DNA from: Tubulanus polymorphus | Taxonomy: Eukaryota; Animalia; Nemertea | Assembly (NCBI RefSeq): GCF_964204645.1 | Contig: NC_134027.1 | Location: forward strand, 15,780,485 to 15,844,484 | Length of the DNA stretch: 64,000 nucleotides | Direction: 5' to 3' | Part shown: positions 24,531 through 37,196 of the stretch, one piece after another | Layout of the letters: each line of letters opens with the position of its first letter | Position numbering within the stretch: position 1 is the first letter of the stretch | Notes under the pieces: generated by a model | What the model was told of the DNA's origin: nothing | What the model saw: only the letters and a program-made list of their open reading frames with translations | The model's database searches: none | Position numbers and translations under genes: made by a program

Positions 24531-25150
24531 CCTTTAACTTGCCGCAGGCGACTGTATGTAGTCGACACACTGGGGAACTGCCGTAGGCGACAGCCCGACC
24601 TATCTCGCATTCAATGTTTGTTTTTATGTCACAAGCCCCTCGCAGCACATTGAGACATAGTTCTCAATGCACGGCACTGCCGATACTCGAGAATCCGAAC
24701 CCGGAATTATTTTGATATTTTGAAGAATTTTGACCTCAAAAACAGCCCGTAAATTCGATATTTTGGGATTTTAATGAAGATTCAAACATTTAGACTGTAA
24801 TAAGATGCATAATAAAGGTTTTAACAATGGCTCTAGTAATCTACAGAGTCTTTATTTATGAATATCGACGATGTAACACGAAATTGTTAGTATTCTGACT
24901 TTCTAGGGGGTCATTTTGCGCTCGACCCCCAAAAATGACCCCACCCACAGGACCCCCTCTTTCAAAAATCGGAAGTTAAATTTTTCAGCACTATCCCATG
25001 GCTATGACTATAAACTACAAGTTTGTGAAGTTTCAATGCCCTATATACAATAGTTTGGAAATTATGAGGATTTGATGAGTAAATTTCATTAACACGCAAA
25101 TCACATGGCACACACAGGACTTAACATTAAGGCTGCCGACAGGTTGAGGG
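24531..25150. mobile_element. piggyBac-like MITE
   Basis: TTAA on both flanks; imperfect TIR CCTTTAACTTGCC vs CCCTCAACCTGTC. Confidence 0.6.
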
Positions 25151-25320
25151 TTAAAGCAGAAAATTTGCCTAAACGTGTGGGTTTCGTTGATACAAAGGTA
25201 GTTACCATTAATAAATATGTTGCTGAAAATCATTATGCATAGGTACAGGGGGTGGGTTAAAAATCAGCTATTCTTTGCGTATGTATGAAATTGAGCGATC
25301 CCTTTCTATTTTTTGTCATT

Positions 25321-25430
25321 CCACCTGATGATGGCTGTAGACAACAGCTGAAATGTGGTTTCATTGTAATGTATCTGTTTTTTAATATTTCATTGGGGAT
25401 TTCTAACTACAATTCCTTTCTCTAATGCTT
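25321..25430 (+). ncRNA. Penelope-type minimal hammerhead ribozyme remnant / pLTR fragment
   Basis: CTGATGA, stem GGCTGT/ACAGCT, then GAAA (25325-25353); stems I and III are not clearly intact. Confidence 0.45.
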
Positions 25431-26368
25431 TATTAACAGTGGAGCACATGAAGTCAAAACATCATTCAATCCAGAATAAATCAAGTGTAATTCATAAAAG
25501 AAAACTAGAGGACCAAAGGTCCTGTGCTCTCGAGGTCCATTTCTTGTACATTATATTATATTATGTATAAAAACTGGACCTTGGGAGCACAATTCATAAA
25601 AACATATTACATTGCCCATTTTACTACTCTTTTAATTATGTAAATCTGTTCACTTTAACAAATTCCCTGGGCACTACGAAGCCTCAGACAGTGATAGGCA
25701 ATAACAAATACGCCAGATCGATTTGTTTTACCTAAAATCCTAGAGTGATATATGGCCTAATAAGAGTCGGTGACAGTTCAAAAAGATCGACAGATACAAC
25801 GCCCTTCCCGAGACTTTTCATGTACATCCAATGTATAGCAATGACCAATGTATATCATTTTAAAATAATTTTCAATAATTACTGGACCGATAATAACTTA
25901 AATGAAAATCTTTGATGAAGTTTATTTCATTCAAAAAACTTATTTTTCAATATGAGCATATGCTGTCACTACCGCGTGCAGTGTGAGACAATAGTGATCT
26001 GCCAGCGTGTGCTTGCCTCGCAGCGAATTTATTCAAGAGATCTGCGCATGCGCAACAATGAAAACTACGGCTGTAGGATGATCTCAATTTTGATTGTCGA
26101 TAGAAAATGGCAGCCTTTTAAAGTAGTAGTTACTGTATCTACTGAGTCCAGAGCGTAAGGGTATAGGTTTACAGGGTACAAAGGGTCAGGCTAGGATTAT
26201 AGTAGGCTTTAGGATTAGGGTTTTATTGGGAAAGCAATAGGTGAATGTAGATGTAATAAATAAATATATAGTAAAAAGTTGCTTAGCCTCCACTTGAACT
26301 TGCGTGCATGTTCAAATCCCATTTTTGAAATATCAACTTCAAATTTTCTAAGACGACTTAACATACTG

Positions 26369-28115
26369 AACAAGAGGCCCACGGGCCTTATACCTTCATG
26401 ACGCAGTGGAAGTAGAATCATTCAGTATTCAAAGTTTTTAAGAAAGATTTACATTGTAACGATGTAACAAGTTTTAAAATAGTTAAGATGGTATAGGCTA
26501 TGTGGCGATAATGTTCATTTTCTGTTAATATATCCTTACATGAAAAGACAAGCCCATTTTACCTGCTTTAAAGATCACACCACATGAAAAAATTCATCAA
26601 GAATTGGTGGAGGCATCGTGCTGAAAAGAAATCTAAGATGGATGGCAACCCTGGTGACCATACTTGAACCCAATTTTCAATAAGCGGTAGATATTTCACC
26701 TACCAAAATTCTTACACCTAGTATCATGAAAACGCATCAAGAATTGCAGGCCGTTCTGTGCTAGAAATACAAGATGGCTGACCTGGCAGCCATATTTGAA
26801 AGCCGATGACCTCAATACACAAAAGGCATGGACAGCTTACCTACTCTGATCCTTACACCAAATCTTGTGGAAATCAATCAAGAATTGCGGGCTGCATCGT
26901 GAAAAAAGAAATTCAAGATGGCCACCCCAATGGCAGCCATATTTGATCACCAATGACATTTTTTTACAATAGGGGTGGACATCTCGCCAGACCCAATCTT
27001 CAAGCTAATCTTCAAAAAGATTCATCGCAAATTACAGGCGAATTCAATTCAATTCCAGAGGGCCTAGCTAATCAGGCCTATGGCAATAGGAGTCAATTAA
27101 GATTAGACTTTTTGAAAAACCAGCACACAAGCCAAATCACATGTAATTAAAAAATTCCGTGCTTCTTAGTTTGATATCTCTGTTTTCATAAAACGTCTTC
27201 GACAGCTGATACAACCGCACCCGCATCTGTCAATCATTTTAATTGATTCATATACTAAAATGCTCACCATGAAAAAACTATGCGGTGAATCAATACCGAA
27301 TTTTTCAGTAGAATGTCAGATACTAGGTACCTTTCTTTAAGGTTTATTTGTTGTAACAATCAGTTATATAATACTTTATTCATAACTTTGAAGTGGCGTG
27401 CCGGCAGCAAACGCTCAAGCAAGGTCAGTCACGTAGGCCAACGATAACACGAAACAGACCACGGTTTGGCCGGTTAAGAGCGTCTCTCCGCATAAATTAG
27501 AGGGACTATAATGGACCATTTGTTGACACTAATTAATGGACCCTTTGTTCACACTGACCTTTAATAAACTTCGTATAGATACAATCATGATAATTCCACC
27601 CTATAATTCCACTATTAAACGATCGACGCGTAACTTAAACATGGCGCCGCCATTCAATACGCTAGTCACATGATGTATCTCTACACACATCAAATCACAC
27701 TTGAATTACAAGTGAGAAATGATCGAAATCTAGCAATTTGATTGGGAAAATAGCCGCACTATAATTGAAAAAAGTTGATAACCCCCTCCGACTGTCTAAT
27801 CATTTGAAAGCTTTGCCTTCAAACGGAACTATTTCCGCCTAATCACAGGTGCACTCTGCCGCTGTGATTCGCCCATTCAACGATAAAAACCTTCCCACGG
27901 TCTTACTATTGGCATTTTCTAATAATTTAGGGAAATATTTTTAAAAAGCGAAATTTCACACTCTGCATTAATAAGATTGAAGTATTTATTCGTTTGACAA
28001 ATCTTCCTCTGAACTTCTGAACTCCCACCAACAAGTTACAAGTGGCGACACGAAAATGACGTCATCGACTCACTACCATCTTATAACCTTCATGACTACT
28101 TCATGAAGGTAAAAA
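26369..28115 (-). mobile_element. HINE family B copy 1
   Basis: Minus-strand 5' TTTTTACCTTCATGAAGTAGTCATGAAGGT; 3' ATGAAGGTA plus hairpin GGCCCGTGGGCC plus TCTTGTT. Homologous to 50607-51972, with an extra ~680-bp insert (~27040-27720). Confidence 0.75.
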
Positions 28116-28713
28116 CTAATACACATAATTATTGTGAGATCTCACTGCTGAAAGATCTGCAATTCTGTTCAAAATCATTTAACTCCTCCTGAAAACTATT
28201 ACTGCTATAAGTTTTGGATGGATATCCATATATTCTGAGTTTACTGTCACAGAACTAGACGTTTTTTGAAATTATCATTTTGGTTGACCTCAAAAGGCAT
28301 TGGTAGACCTTCCTAACTTGGGTTTTATCTTCTTAAGGTAATGATGGCCAATTCATTGATCCATTATCAGTTCAGTCAATTACTCTGCTTGCATCATACA
28401 GTGAATCCAAATCTAACACTAAATCTAAAGATTGTTGACAATATTGTTATACATGTACAAAGTAATGCAACTCTTTCTCTGAAGCAGAGGTTCTTTTCAT
28501 TCCATGCCAAACCACGTGGGTTTATTATTGTTATTGTTTACGTCTAGCAAAAGATGTGGTCTGCGCATGCACCGGTCTCTTGTGAAAAATAAATTTGCTG
28601 CCTCGCGTATGCTGACATGGAGTGTTGTCGACTGTTGCTTCGCAATATGTCTGCAGTTAATGAATCAACACACGCCACACTGCCATACAACTCATAATTT
28701 CAGTCTAAACTTT

Positions 28714-30959
28714 AACAAGAGCCCCAAGGGGCACAATGGCCAGCCTGTCAGATTTGCTTTTTATAAATGATGTAATCTGTGGGTTATATTTATCAATATA
28801 CACTCCCTGCTCAATATCATTTACATAGTAAAATCGTGTGTTAACACAGACAGCAGGAACGAATGTAATATAGAAATACTAAGTTATTGTATTGTGCAAC
28901 GCCCCCTGGTGGCCATAAAAAAAACCAATGAGCTTGAAACTCACCTCGATCATAGAACATGTCATGAGCTACAACTTTCCAATTGATTATAGTAGCAAAA
29001 TATGCTTAAGTATCAATTATGATGTGGAAAAACTTTTTTTCCACCTACGAATGAGTACTGATGACCCCAAGATGGCCGCCAAGTGCGTCATAATTGCCTG
29101 GTCAAAAATACCCTCTCGGATATAAAAGATCCCTTTCCAAAGAATACCCATTACAAAGTGCAATGAAACATGGCGCACCATTAGAAAGCTACAGTACTCA
29201 GAATTCAGGCCAAAATTGACATTTTTGGGAACAAAAAAGGTCACAGTACGGCCATCTTGAGTCCGATCAACTCAATTTTTCACATGCCGATGGGCCCTCG
29301 GGGGATACAAATATATACGAATGATCAAGGTTATTGATAAAAGTGTCTTCAAAATTTCCCTCGAAAACTTCAAAAATGTGTAAAAGTGCTGATTTTGGCG
29401 AACAACAATGGCTGCCAGTCGGCCATCTTGAATCTGACAGGGCCAGTTTTTGGCCTGAAGATGTGTCTAGGGTAGATACACGTATAAAACAAATATCAAG
29501 ACATTACCTTGAAGCGTCTTCAAAACTTTGGAACTCTCACGAACTATCTAGATGGTTATCTCTCGACCTCAATAGCTTCAAGACCCATCTCAAAACAACT
29601 TTGTTCCATGCAGCATACCATTAACTCTCGGAAAGCGAATTGTATTTAATATTTTTTGGCAGAATAAAATTTGATTGAATTTGCAATTCGGGCACATGGC
29701 TAATTAGCATATCAAGGTCATACACCCGATTTGGTAAAACCTTTTTTTCGCGAACCTTGCGCAATTGTCAAGGATGAATTTTCTGTAGAGCAAATAAAAA
29801 TTCCTCCCAAACACCAAATCAACTAAAGATTTCATAGAAATCGATCTTGAAATACAATTTTAAACCTTAAAATAAAACCCGGAAGTAAAACAGTAGACGA
29901 TACCGCGGATTCACGTGAACACCTGATTTCTGTAAACGAAATGTTGGTTGTGACAAAATTGTTCAGACGGTTTTAGGTGGTAATAAGTACGGAAACGTAA
30001 CGACCATGGTCGACTTATTCGATGAAATCAGGCCTATGTGATATCCAAATTTTGACTTTTTTATTCTCCAGACCTCCCTGATATAGAAATAAAAAATTTT
30101 GGTGGTACGAAAGTGCAATCACAGCGCCGACGGGGACAGAGCCGTGTCAGAGATCGGCGGAGTGAAAATTGAGGTGGACGAACTCGAAGAAGTAGGCTAT
30201 TGCGCTACTTGAATCAGGAAAACTCCTGGCGCGGCCCCGACGCTTTTCGTTGATTAAGTAATACAAATATCATGCAATGGGTTTTCACAATCTACCGCTG
30301 GTATTTACCGGATTTCAATATCACTCCAAAATTCAAAGAAACCTCGAAATATCGAACCGGAACACATCCGGTACTGTAGATATCCGCGGCTGCCCAACCG
30401 GGAAACTTATTTGTTTCAATAGATATTGATAGGATCCATCATCTTCACCCGTCAAGGGATTCGAACCCACAAAGCTAAAGCCATGCCAGAATCGGGTCGG
30501 GCCAATCACAGCGCTTGTAACAAACCACATTAGGCTTCTGTGGAATTTCCCAGTAAATGGGCCAATCAGCGAACACGTAGCGCACGCGGAAGTATTGTCG
30601 CGTGTTGATACATGACGTCATGCGCAAAAGCGCCAGTAATGAAATCGCGATAATTCACGTGAACAGCTGCTGATATTTTCAGATAAACCAATCACAGGGA
30701 AGACACAACTTCCTGATTGGCTGATAAAAATTGAAATTTTCCCGATTTAACTTTCGTGAAAAATGCAGAAAACATTTTTATGAGACCCTATTTCAAAATT
30801 CTGCTCACTACGATTCCGAGAATGGATTACGCTTAAATACGTGATTTGTTCGAATATGCCCTCACTTGGCAAGCAAAAGAGCCTTTTGTGTGGAAACCAT
30901 GTCATTTAAATTCGCTCCATTTGTATAGTAATAGGCTCAGCCTACGGCTGGCCTAAAAA
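28714..30959 (-). mobile_element. HINE family A copy 1, with a nested family C fragment (~28865-29530)
   Basis: Minus-strand 5' TTTTTAGGCCAGCCGTAGGCTGAGCCTATT; 3' CAGGCTGGCC plus hairpin GCCCCTTGGGGC plus TCTTGTT. Confidence 0.7.
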
Positions 30960-31411
30960 TTAAAGGCTATCAAGGACACTGTGTCAAACTTTTAAAATTA
31001 AAGACTTTCACCGACTTTCCCAGCAAAAAACTAGGAATTTAACTACCGATCCTCAGTGCAAGGTCCCTGTTCACACAAAGTGATGTAGTCATCCGCATAT
31101 CAATAAATTTATCTGCACGAATTATTGATATAATATTATTCAAAAATCTTTTTTATATTGTTGTGATCACTTCTAACACATTCAACCCAATGTGAAAAAA
31201 TCTGAAATACAAAGTTACCGGAACTATTTTTGCAGTGTATTTAACCCCATTAATCGGATCTTTTGTCAAGGCAAAGACTGTAAATACGGTGTGCTTTCCA
31301 TTCGCGATAAACATACATGACACGATGCTGACCCACTAGTAAAAATGAAGCGAGTATGCTTTGCAACCCCATAAATCTTCTTTCTTTGCATCTTCAAATC
31401 AGTTGATAAAA

Positions 31412-31581
31412 CAGGGGCGGATCTTGGGATGGTTTCGTGGTCCAAACCCTGCCTTCCCATTGAAGTCACCCCTTTTGTCAAAAATGTGTATATTGTATTA
31501 ACACAGAGCCAACCCCATTTGGGGCCGTTAGTCCATTGTGTTCTCATTTTTAGCCTTTCAATTTTCCTAGATCTGCCCCTG
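31412..31581. mobile_element. MITE with CAGGGGC(G/A)GATCT TIRs
   Basis: CAGGGGCGGATCTTGG ... CCTAGATCTGCCCCTG. Confidence 0.65.
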
Positions 31582-32088
31582 TATATGATATCAGTAATAA
31601 GTTTGAGATGAGATAACAGTATGAATCCTTTTAAGCTGAGTGTTTTTATGAAAAAAGCTTAAACGATCGATTCCCAAAAACTGACTGCTTGTAGGGTTTA
31701 CTGAGGGAAGAGTTTATGGATATTCAGGTAATTTCCAGGCTGGACGTTTTTACAATACAGGACCATGGGTCTAGTAGGATCAACCAAGTACATTTTACTT
31801 TTGAGCTTAAAAATCAATTTGTTCTGGGATTTGCAATAAGGTATTAAGATGAAACCTTAGTGCACAACACTATTCTATTAAGCAGGTTCAACAAAGATAA
31901 TATACATCATAATGGGTTCCCCTGGCTCACTAGCACCCGACAGAACAATCAATACTATGTTCTATATACATTGAACTTGGATGCTGAAGGGGTCTCCCAG
32001 TGATGTCTTAATCAAGAAACAACGTCAAACATTGAAAGATAAGCATTGAAATTTTGCTCATGTTCTCCCAGTGCTTTTGAATGACTAA

Positions 32089-32853
32089 GGCGCTTTTTTT
32101 AATTACTTGGATTTCTCGACTTAGGGAGGAAATCTTTGGTGGGGTAAAGGGAAAAAATCCAAAAAAAACTTCAAAGGCAGAATTCAAAGGAATCCACACA
32201 AAAATTTAGAAATGACATTTTTCAGTCAAGAATCTAAGATTCCAAAGTAATTGAGCTGTTTTATGAATTGCTTGGATTTCAGATCGATCGCCGGGAATCC
32301 AGTCATGTAGGAATTCCAGTTTCATCTCAAGTATATAGGATAGCTAACGGCTCTCGATTAATCAATCTACATCTACAGAGATGTATCGCAACTCTCTTTC
32401 AGACTATTACGGACTGGAACTTACGCCATTTCACTAGACAGTTTATAAATCGACAAAGAATAGAATTAAATTGACACACTGATGAGATTTCAAGCTTCAC
32501 ATGTATTTTAGTTGCGTAAAGTCTTTAAATAACAAATTTAATTGTCGCGGGCTTTACCGTTGAGGGCTCGAGTCCTGACACAGTCAGCTTAACCGAATGA
32601 ATGCGTTTTTCAATACGTGTGTAAGTTGCTTGCAATTTGGAAATTTTTTTTGCTCTGGGATAGAAAATACTCGCGGGGAACGCATAAGAAAATGAGATGA
32701 AAGATTTTTATTTTTAATTTCTCTTACATCCGTTTTTTGTTAGGGCGGGTAGCGGACATAAAATTGAAAAAAAAAAATTATTTTTTTTTATTCAAGAAAA
32801 ACAGGAATTTCCAGCGGCGGATCCGAAATCCAAGTAATTAGAAAAGACGCGCC
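32089..32853. mobile_element. PIF/Harbinger-like MITE
   Basis: TIR GGCGC..TTTT.TAATTACTTGGATTTC; TAA on both flanks. Confidence 0.7.
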
Positions 32854-33122
32854 TAAGAGCTGATGGCCGACTCCAACACCTATTTCACTCCTAATGACAA
32901 AATATCAGCTATGTGGTTACAATTCGTGCCACCAAGAGCTAACTCTCAGAACCATTCTATCAACATAGTTGATTGAGAGTATGCACCATAATATCACAAG
33001 TAGGGCATTGGTGATAACAATCACATTTGAGCATTTGATATACATACCTACAAACCAAAGTTGTTGGATGATGAATGTTTTTGCAATGTACACAACTACA
33101 CAACTTAAATATTTTTGTTTAT

Positions 33123-34105
33123 CAAGGATCCCAACTGTAGTTTCCCAAAAAATTGGAAATCAATCTGGTCTCATTCTGTCCTCGCGAATGCCGTAGGCGC
33201 GAAGCCACGCTTCACAGCGAAAGGTGCGAAGCCTTTACAGGGGGTTTGGGTGTCCTCCCCCAAGGAAAATTTTTGAAATTTGAGGCAATTGCGAAATTCT
33301 CGGGGCCAGAATCTAGCAAAAACTAATATCAGTTTGATGTGGAAGCCATGTTTGATTTATAGAAAATGTATCGAAGACTCTGATTGGTGGTTGAAATCTT
33401 CAAACAAACAATTGAAAGCGGGTTCGAATCCTTAAAGCAGCAGATATTTTTCTTGGTAGAAAGATTTCTCAATAGTTATAATTAATTTTATTCGAAATTA
33501 GAAAAATACATTTGCGGGCAGTCGACATTTTGGATCCATTGGTATTGATTTATTGAATAGTTTTGATTGACGATATGTATGCATCACGCGCGTGATACAG
33601 TCTGATCATTACTGCTGTGCGCTGATCAAGACCTGCAGGCTGCTCGTTTCACTCTGCGGAGTACTCCAAACAGTGCCATCTAGCGGAATTCTCGCTGCCC
33701 CACCAAATTTTGTGGAGTAGCAGAGTAGCGTCTGAAAGAGTCACGTGACCTGTTCTAGTGTATTTCTTTGCTCCGCACAGTGTTCGGAGTACTCCGCAGA
33801 GTGAAACGAGCAGCCTACACGTGCACGCAGTAATGTATAGACTCTGCTCACTAGTGTGAGGCACATGTATGAATGCTATCGTACATCGTTCCACTATTTT
33901 CTCATTCATATCGCGTCAGCACGTGGCTGCCTACAATACTATACTTCAGTACGCGGTACAGTATCGATTTTCTAGATGCACACCCAGGTGGCATAACCGA
34001 TCATAACCCCCTATATTTAACATCAAATCTTTATCGATCTCAGAGACCAAAAAAAATTCTTAAAAAGTCGGAATTCCGATTAAAGTCGAAAGATTTGGAT
34101 CCCTG
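33123..34105. mobile_element. hAT-like MITE with 6-bp TSD
   Basis: CAAGGATCCCAA vs CAGGGATCCAAA termini; GTTTAT at 33117-33122 and 34106-34111. Confidence 0.6.
33637..33816. mobile_element. Small MITE nested in the 33123-34105 element
   Basis: Perfect 31-bp TIR AGGCTGCTCGTTTCACTCTGCGGAGTACTCC. Confidence 0.75.
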
Positions 34106-35090
34106 GTTTATACAGTCAAGTACGTTTACTTTAACAGATTAATTGTTATGAATTAAGCGGACTTGACTGTAACTACTTGCAGGAGCCAGCACAAAAATTC
34201 ATGTCTCCTTCTGATATTCGAGTGGATATTCATATCCCCATGTGAAAATATCAAGCTGATAACCAATTTAAACGAAAACTATTCAAGACCTAAATCAAGG
34301 AAGACACAAGATGAATCAATACAAAATGAATTCCAATCAAATATCTTTTTCCTAGGGCTATGCCATAATGATCAATTTCTGAACAAATCATACATATCTG
34401 TCGAAATGTTCTATATAAAAAATACAAAATTTACCATCTACCCATGAGCAACCATCTTAAATCCATCAACATCAATAGAGGATTTTGGTCAAAAACTTTA
34501 ACAACATCAGCTGATTTTCAAGATTACATGTTGATGCTCACTGCCTACATTGTCATTGTTGATTTGGACTGACATAAGCTTGTGCATGTGGCTATGAAGA
34601 TAAGAGCAGGTACATTCACTTATCAAGTATCAAAGGCATGAAGGGTGAAAATAATTTGCAACTGGAAGCCAAAAACAAAGGGTAGGCAAAAACCATGTTT
34701 GCCACAATAGGGACCTTTTTGATCACATTGTGCAACTGCAATCTAGTGAGCACCCTAGTCTAAATCAATGATGATGAAACACTCTGCTCTGACACAAATT
34801 CTTTTGATAAGTTTTTGAAGGATAGGTCCGCTGTCAATAATTCATTCACATTGCTACCTTTTCAGAAATGGCTTCACCATTATTGGCCAGAGGTACTGTC
34901 AGCAGTTTAAAAGCTATTCAGCTCAACATTCTGCTGACAAGTGGTGTTCAAGTAGAGAATTAAATTCATTCCTTTTGATTGCAAGTTGGTTATTGCGTAA
35001 TCGAGTACAGTACATATTTTCCTAAAACTTTTATGGTTTGTAGAGCTTTGTAATGCTAGCCTTTTTTGACCCTATCACTTGCATGAATGA

Positions 35091-35715
35091 TTACTTACCA
35101 ACTGGCTTTTTCATGACTGGTGGTCTAGGTTTTGTAAGACCAATTGGTTTAGGTGGCAATTGTGGGGGTGGTGTACTAGAAGGATTAGTTTTAATCACAT
35201 TCAATTTTTCTGGTTTAGTAATAGTTGACAACGTTGATTCAGTTTGTTCACCAGTGCAATCTTTCTTCCCTTTCTTCATGGTATTTTGAGAAGAGGCAAA
35301 TGTCTCAGCACTAGATAAGGGAAGTGGATCTGGTTGATCAGAAGTCTCCACGGGTAAATCTGTAACAAGATCTGGTTTAGGCTTTTGATTTGATGAAATA
35401 CTTTTTGATTTTTGCCCATCCTTTCTTTGCTGGATTTCAAGTAACTGCAAACCAGACATCACTTCTGCCAAAGCATTGTCTATGTCTAGTGCTAAGTCAT
35501 CAGTGGTCACTTCTACATTTGCAAATGTATTACTTAGTAATGCAGGACCTATCAAGCTACTACCTGCCCAATCATCAGGTCTTGTCTGGGTCATTGATCC
35601 AGACTCTTTTTCAAATTGAGTTATGTTTGATTGAGCAACACTTGTGTCATCTTCAATTGACACCTTTCCCGCAACCAATGTTGACTGTTGTTGTTCAAGC
35701 ATGTTCTTCTTATCC
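35091..35715 (-). CDS. SRGAP: SRGAP-family gene, last coding exon (low-complexity, proline-rich C-terminus)
   Basis: Acceptor TTTTAG|G at 35716; phase 2 joins the SH3 exon (AA+G = Lys); contains DIDNALAEVMSGLQLLE and PPPQLPPKP..KPRPPVMKKP; stop TAA 35093-35091. Confidence 0.75.
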
Positions 35716-36317
35716 CTAAAATTATAAACAATCCCTAGGCATTAACCTTGCTGCTTTGAGTGCTATTGGCAACAGGATCCTGGTAACCTCTTAATTAGCC
35801 ACATTATCATAATTGCGATGTTTGATAATATATGTATTTTCAAAAACTGTTCGTGTTACCGGGAGTAAGTTGAATCAGACACCTGTGATTCATTCAGCAT
35901 ATATGATCAGGCTTGACAACAGCATATTGACTATAAGATGGCAGTTACAGGCGCGTTGGAAGCAATTTTTGATTGCCACAGCCAATTGCTGATTTTGACA
36001 GGTTCTAGTATATTGTCGCAGCGAATTTACTGAAAAGTTCATGTAGTGGCAATCGTGTTATAACTCTTACACGTGATGACGAATGTCACGATATAGTCCT
36101 AATGTTGCTCAATATGTATCTTTTTAGTAAAAGAACAAGATCTTTTCACCGTTTTCACTTGTCAATGTGGCAATTCATTAAGGCAACATGAGTTACCAAG
36201 GGTTGGTTATGTATATCACTTACACATCAACAAAACTTTACTCATGTGTACTTTATTTTTAGTGGTCTACTAGTTTAAATTCTACATGCGAATAGAAATC
36301 TAAAATTTAAAACCTAC

Positions 36318-36498
36318 TTGTGCTGAAGTTTCACATATTTGTCTGGTATGAGACCATCACACCCGTTCAAACTTCCTGACCACCAATCATGTGATTCTTG
36401 TTTGTAGATAGTCAAAATATCACCCTTCTTGAAAGACAGCTCTCTATCAGTCCTTCCAGTAAAATCGTATTGAGCGAGTGCTTCTAAAAAATCCATGT
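36318..36498 (-). CDS. SRGAP: SRGAP-family gene, SH3 domain exon
   Basis: EALAQYDFTGRTDRELSFKKGD..DWWSG..GLIPDKYV; acceptor TTTTCAG, donor GTAGGT; phases 1 and 2 match the neighbouring exons. Confidence 0.9.
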
Positions 36499-37196
36499 CT
36501 GAAAATAAAATATTGCATGTTCGTTTTCACATTAAGAATATCAAATGTTTTAAGATAAACTAGGAAGTGGTGTTACACCATGTATGTCACCCCAGTGTGT
36601 TTAAAGTTCTTACATGCCTATTTAAATAATGATCAAGTTAAATAAACCATCAAACTTTCATAGAAATTGCACAGTATCTAGGAAATCAAACAACATTGAA
36701 ATGGGCAGAAACTTTATTTTAGATTGAGTATTATGGGATGGTCTAATCCGTGGACCTAGCAGGGCCACTTAATGAAAGATGACCATCGGGGCCGCCATTT
36801 TTGGAAAGCAAATTTACCTGGCTGATGCATTTAAGATTCCTTTTCCATAGAATACCCATCACAAATTAAATGAAAAAATGGCAAACGAATAGGAACCAAC
36901 AGGTCTCAGAATTCAGGCCAAAATTGGCATTTTTGAGCACAAAAAGGTCACAGGACGGCCATCTTGAATCCAATTGTCCTAGATTCGCTCATGCTGATGG
37001 ACCTTTGGGGAATACAAATATACCTAGAGGATCAAGATAATTGATCGGAGTCTTCAAAATTTCCCTTGAAAACTTCAATAAAGGAACAATGGTCCAGTGG
37101 CTTGCAAAACTGGTGTGAAGTAAAAATCTGTCATGTAGGCTACCAGTATGCAAAAAATCATTTCATTGAAAATTAAACAAGAAAAAAACATATATA

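Noticed and set aside
26160-26225. TTAGGG-like telomeric repeats
   Set aside because: Only a few degenerate units, likely internal to a repeat remnant.
31695-31735. 33-bp plus-strand micro-exon (TTGTAG..CAG|GTAATT)
   Set aside because: No partner exons or recognisable homology.
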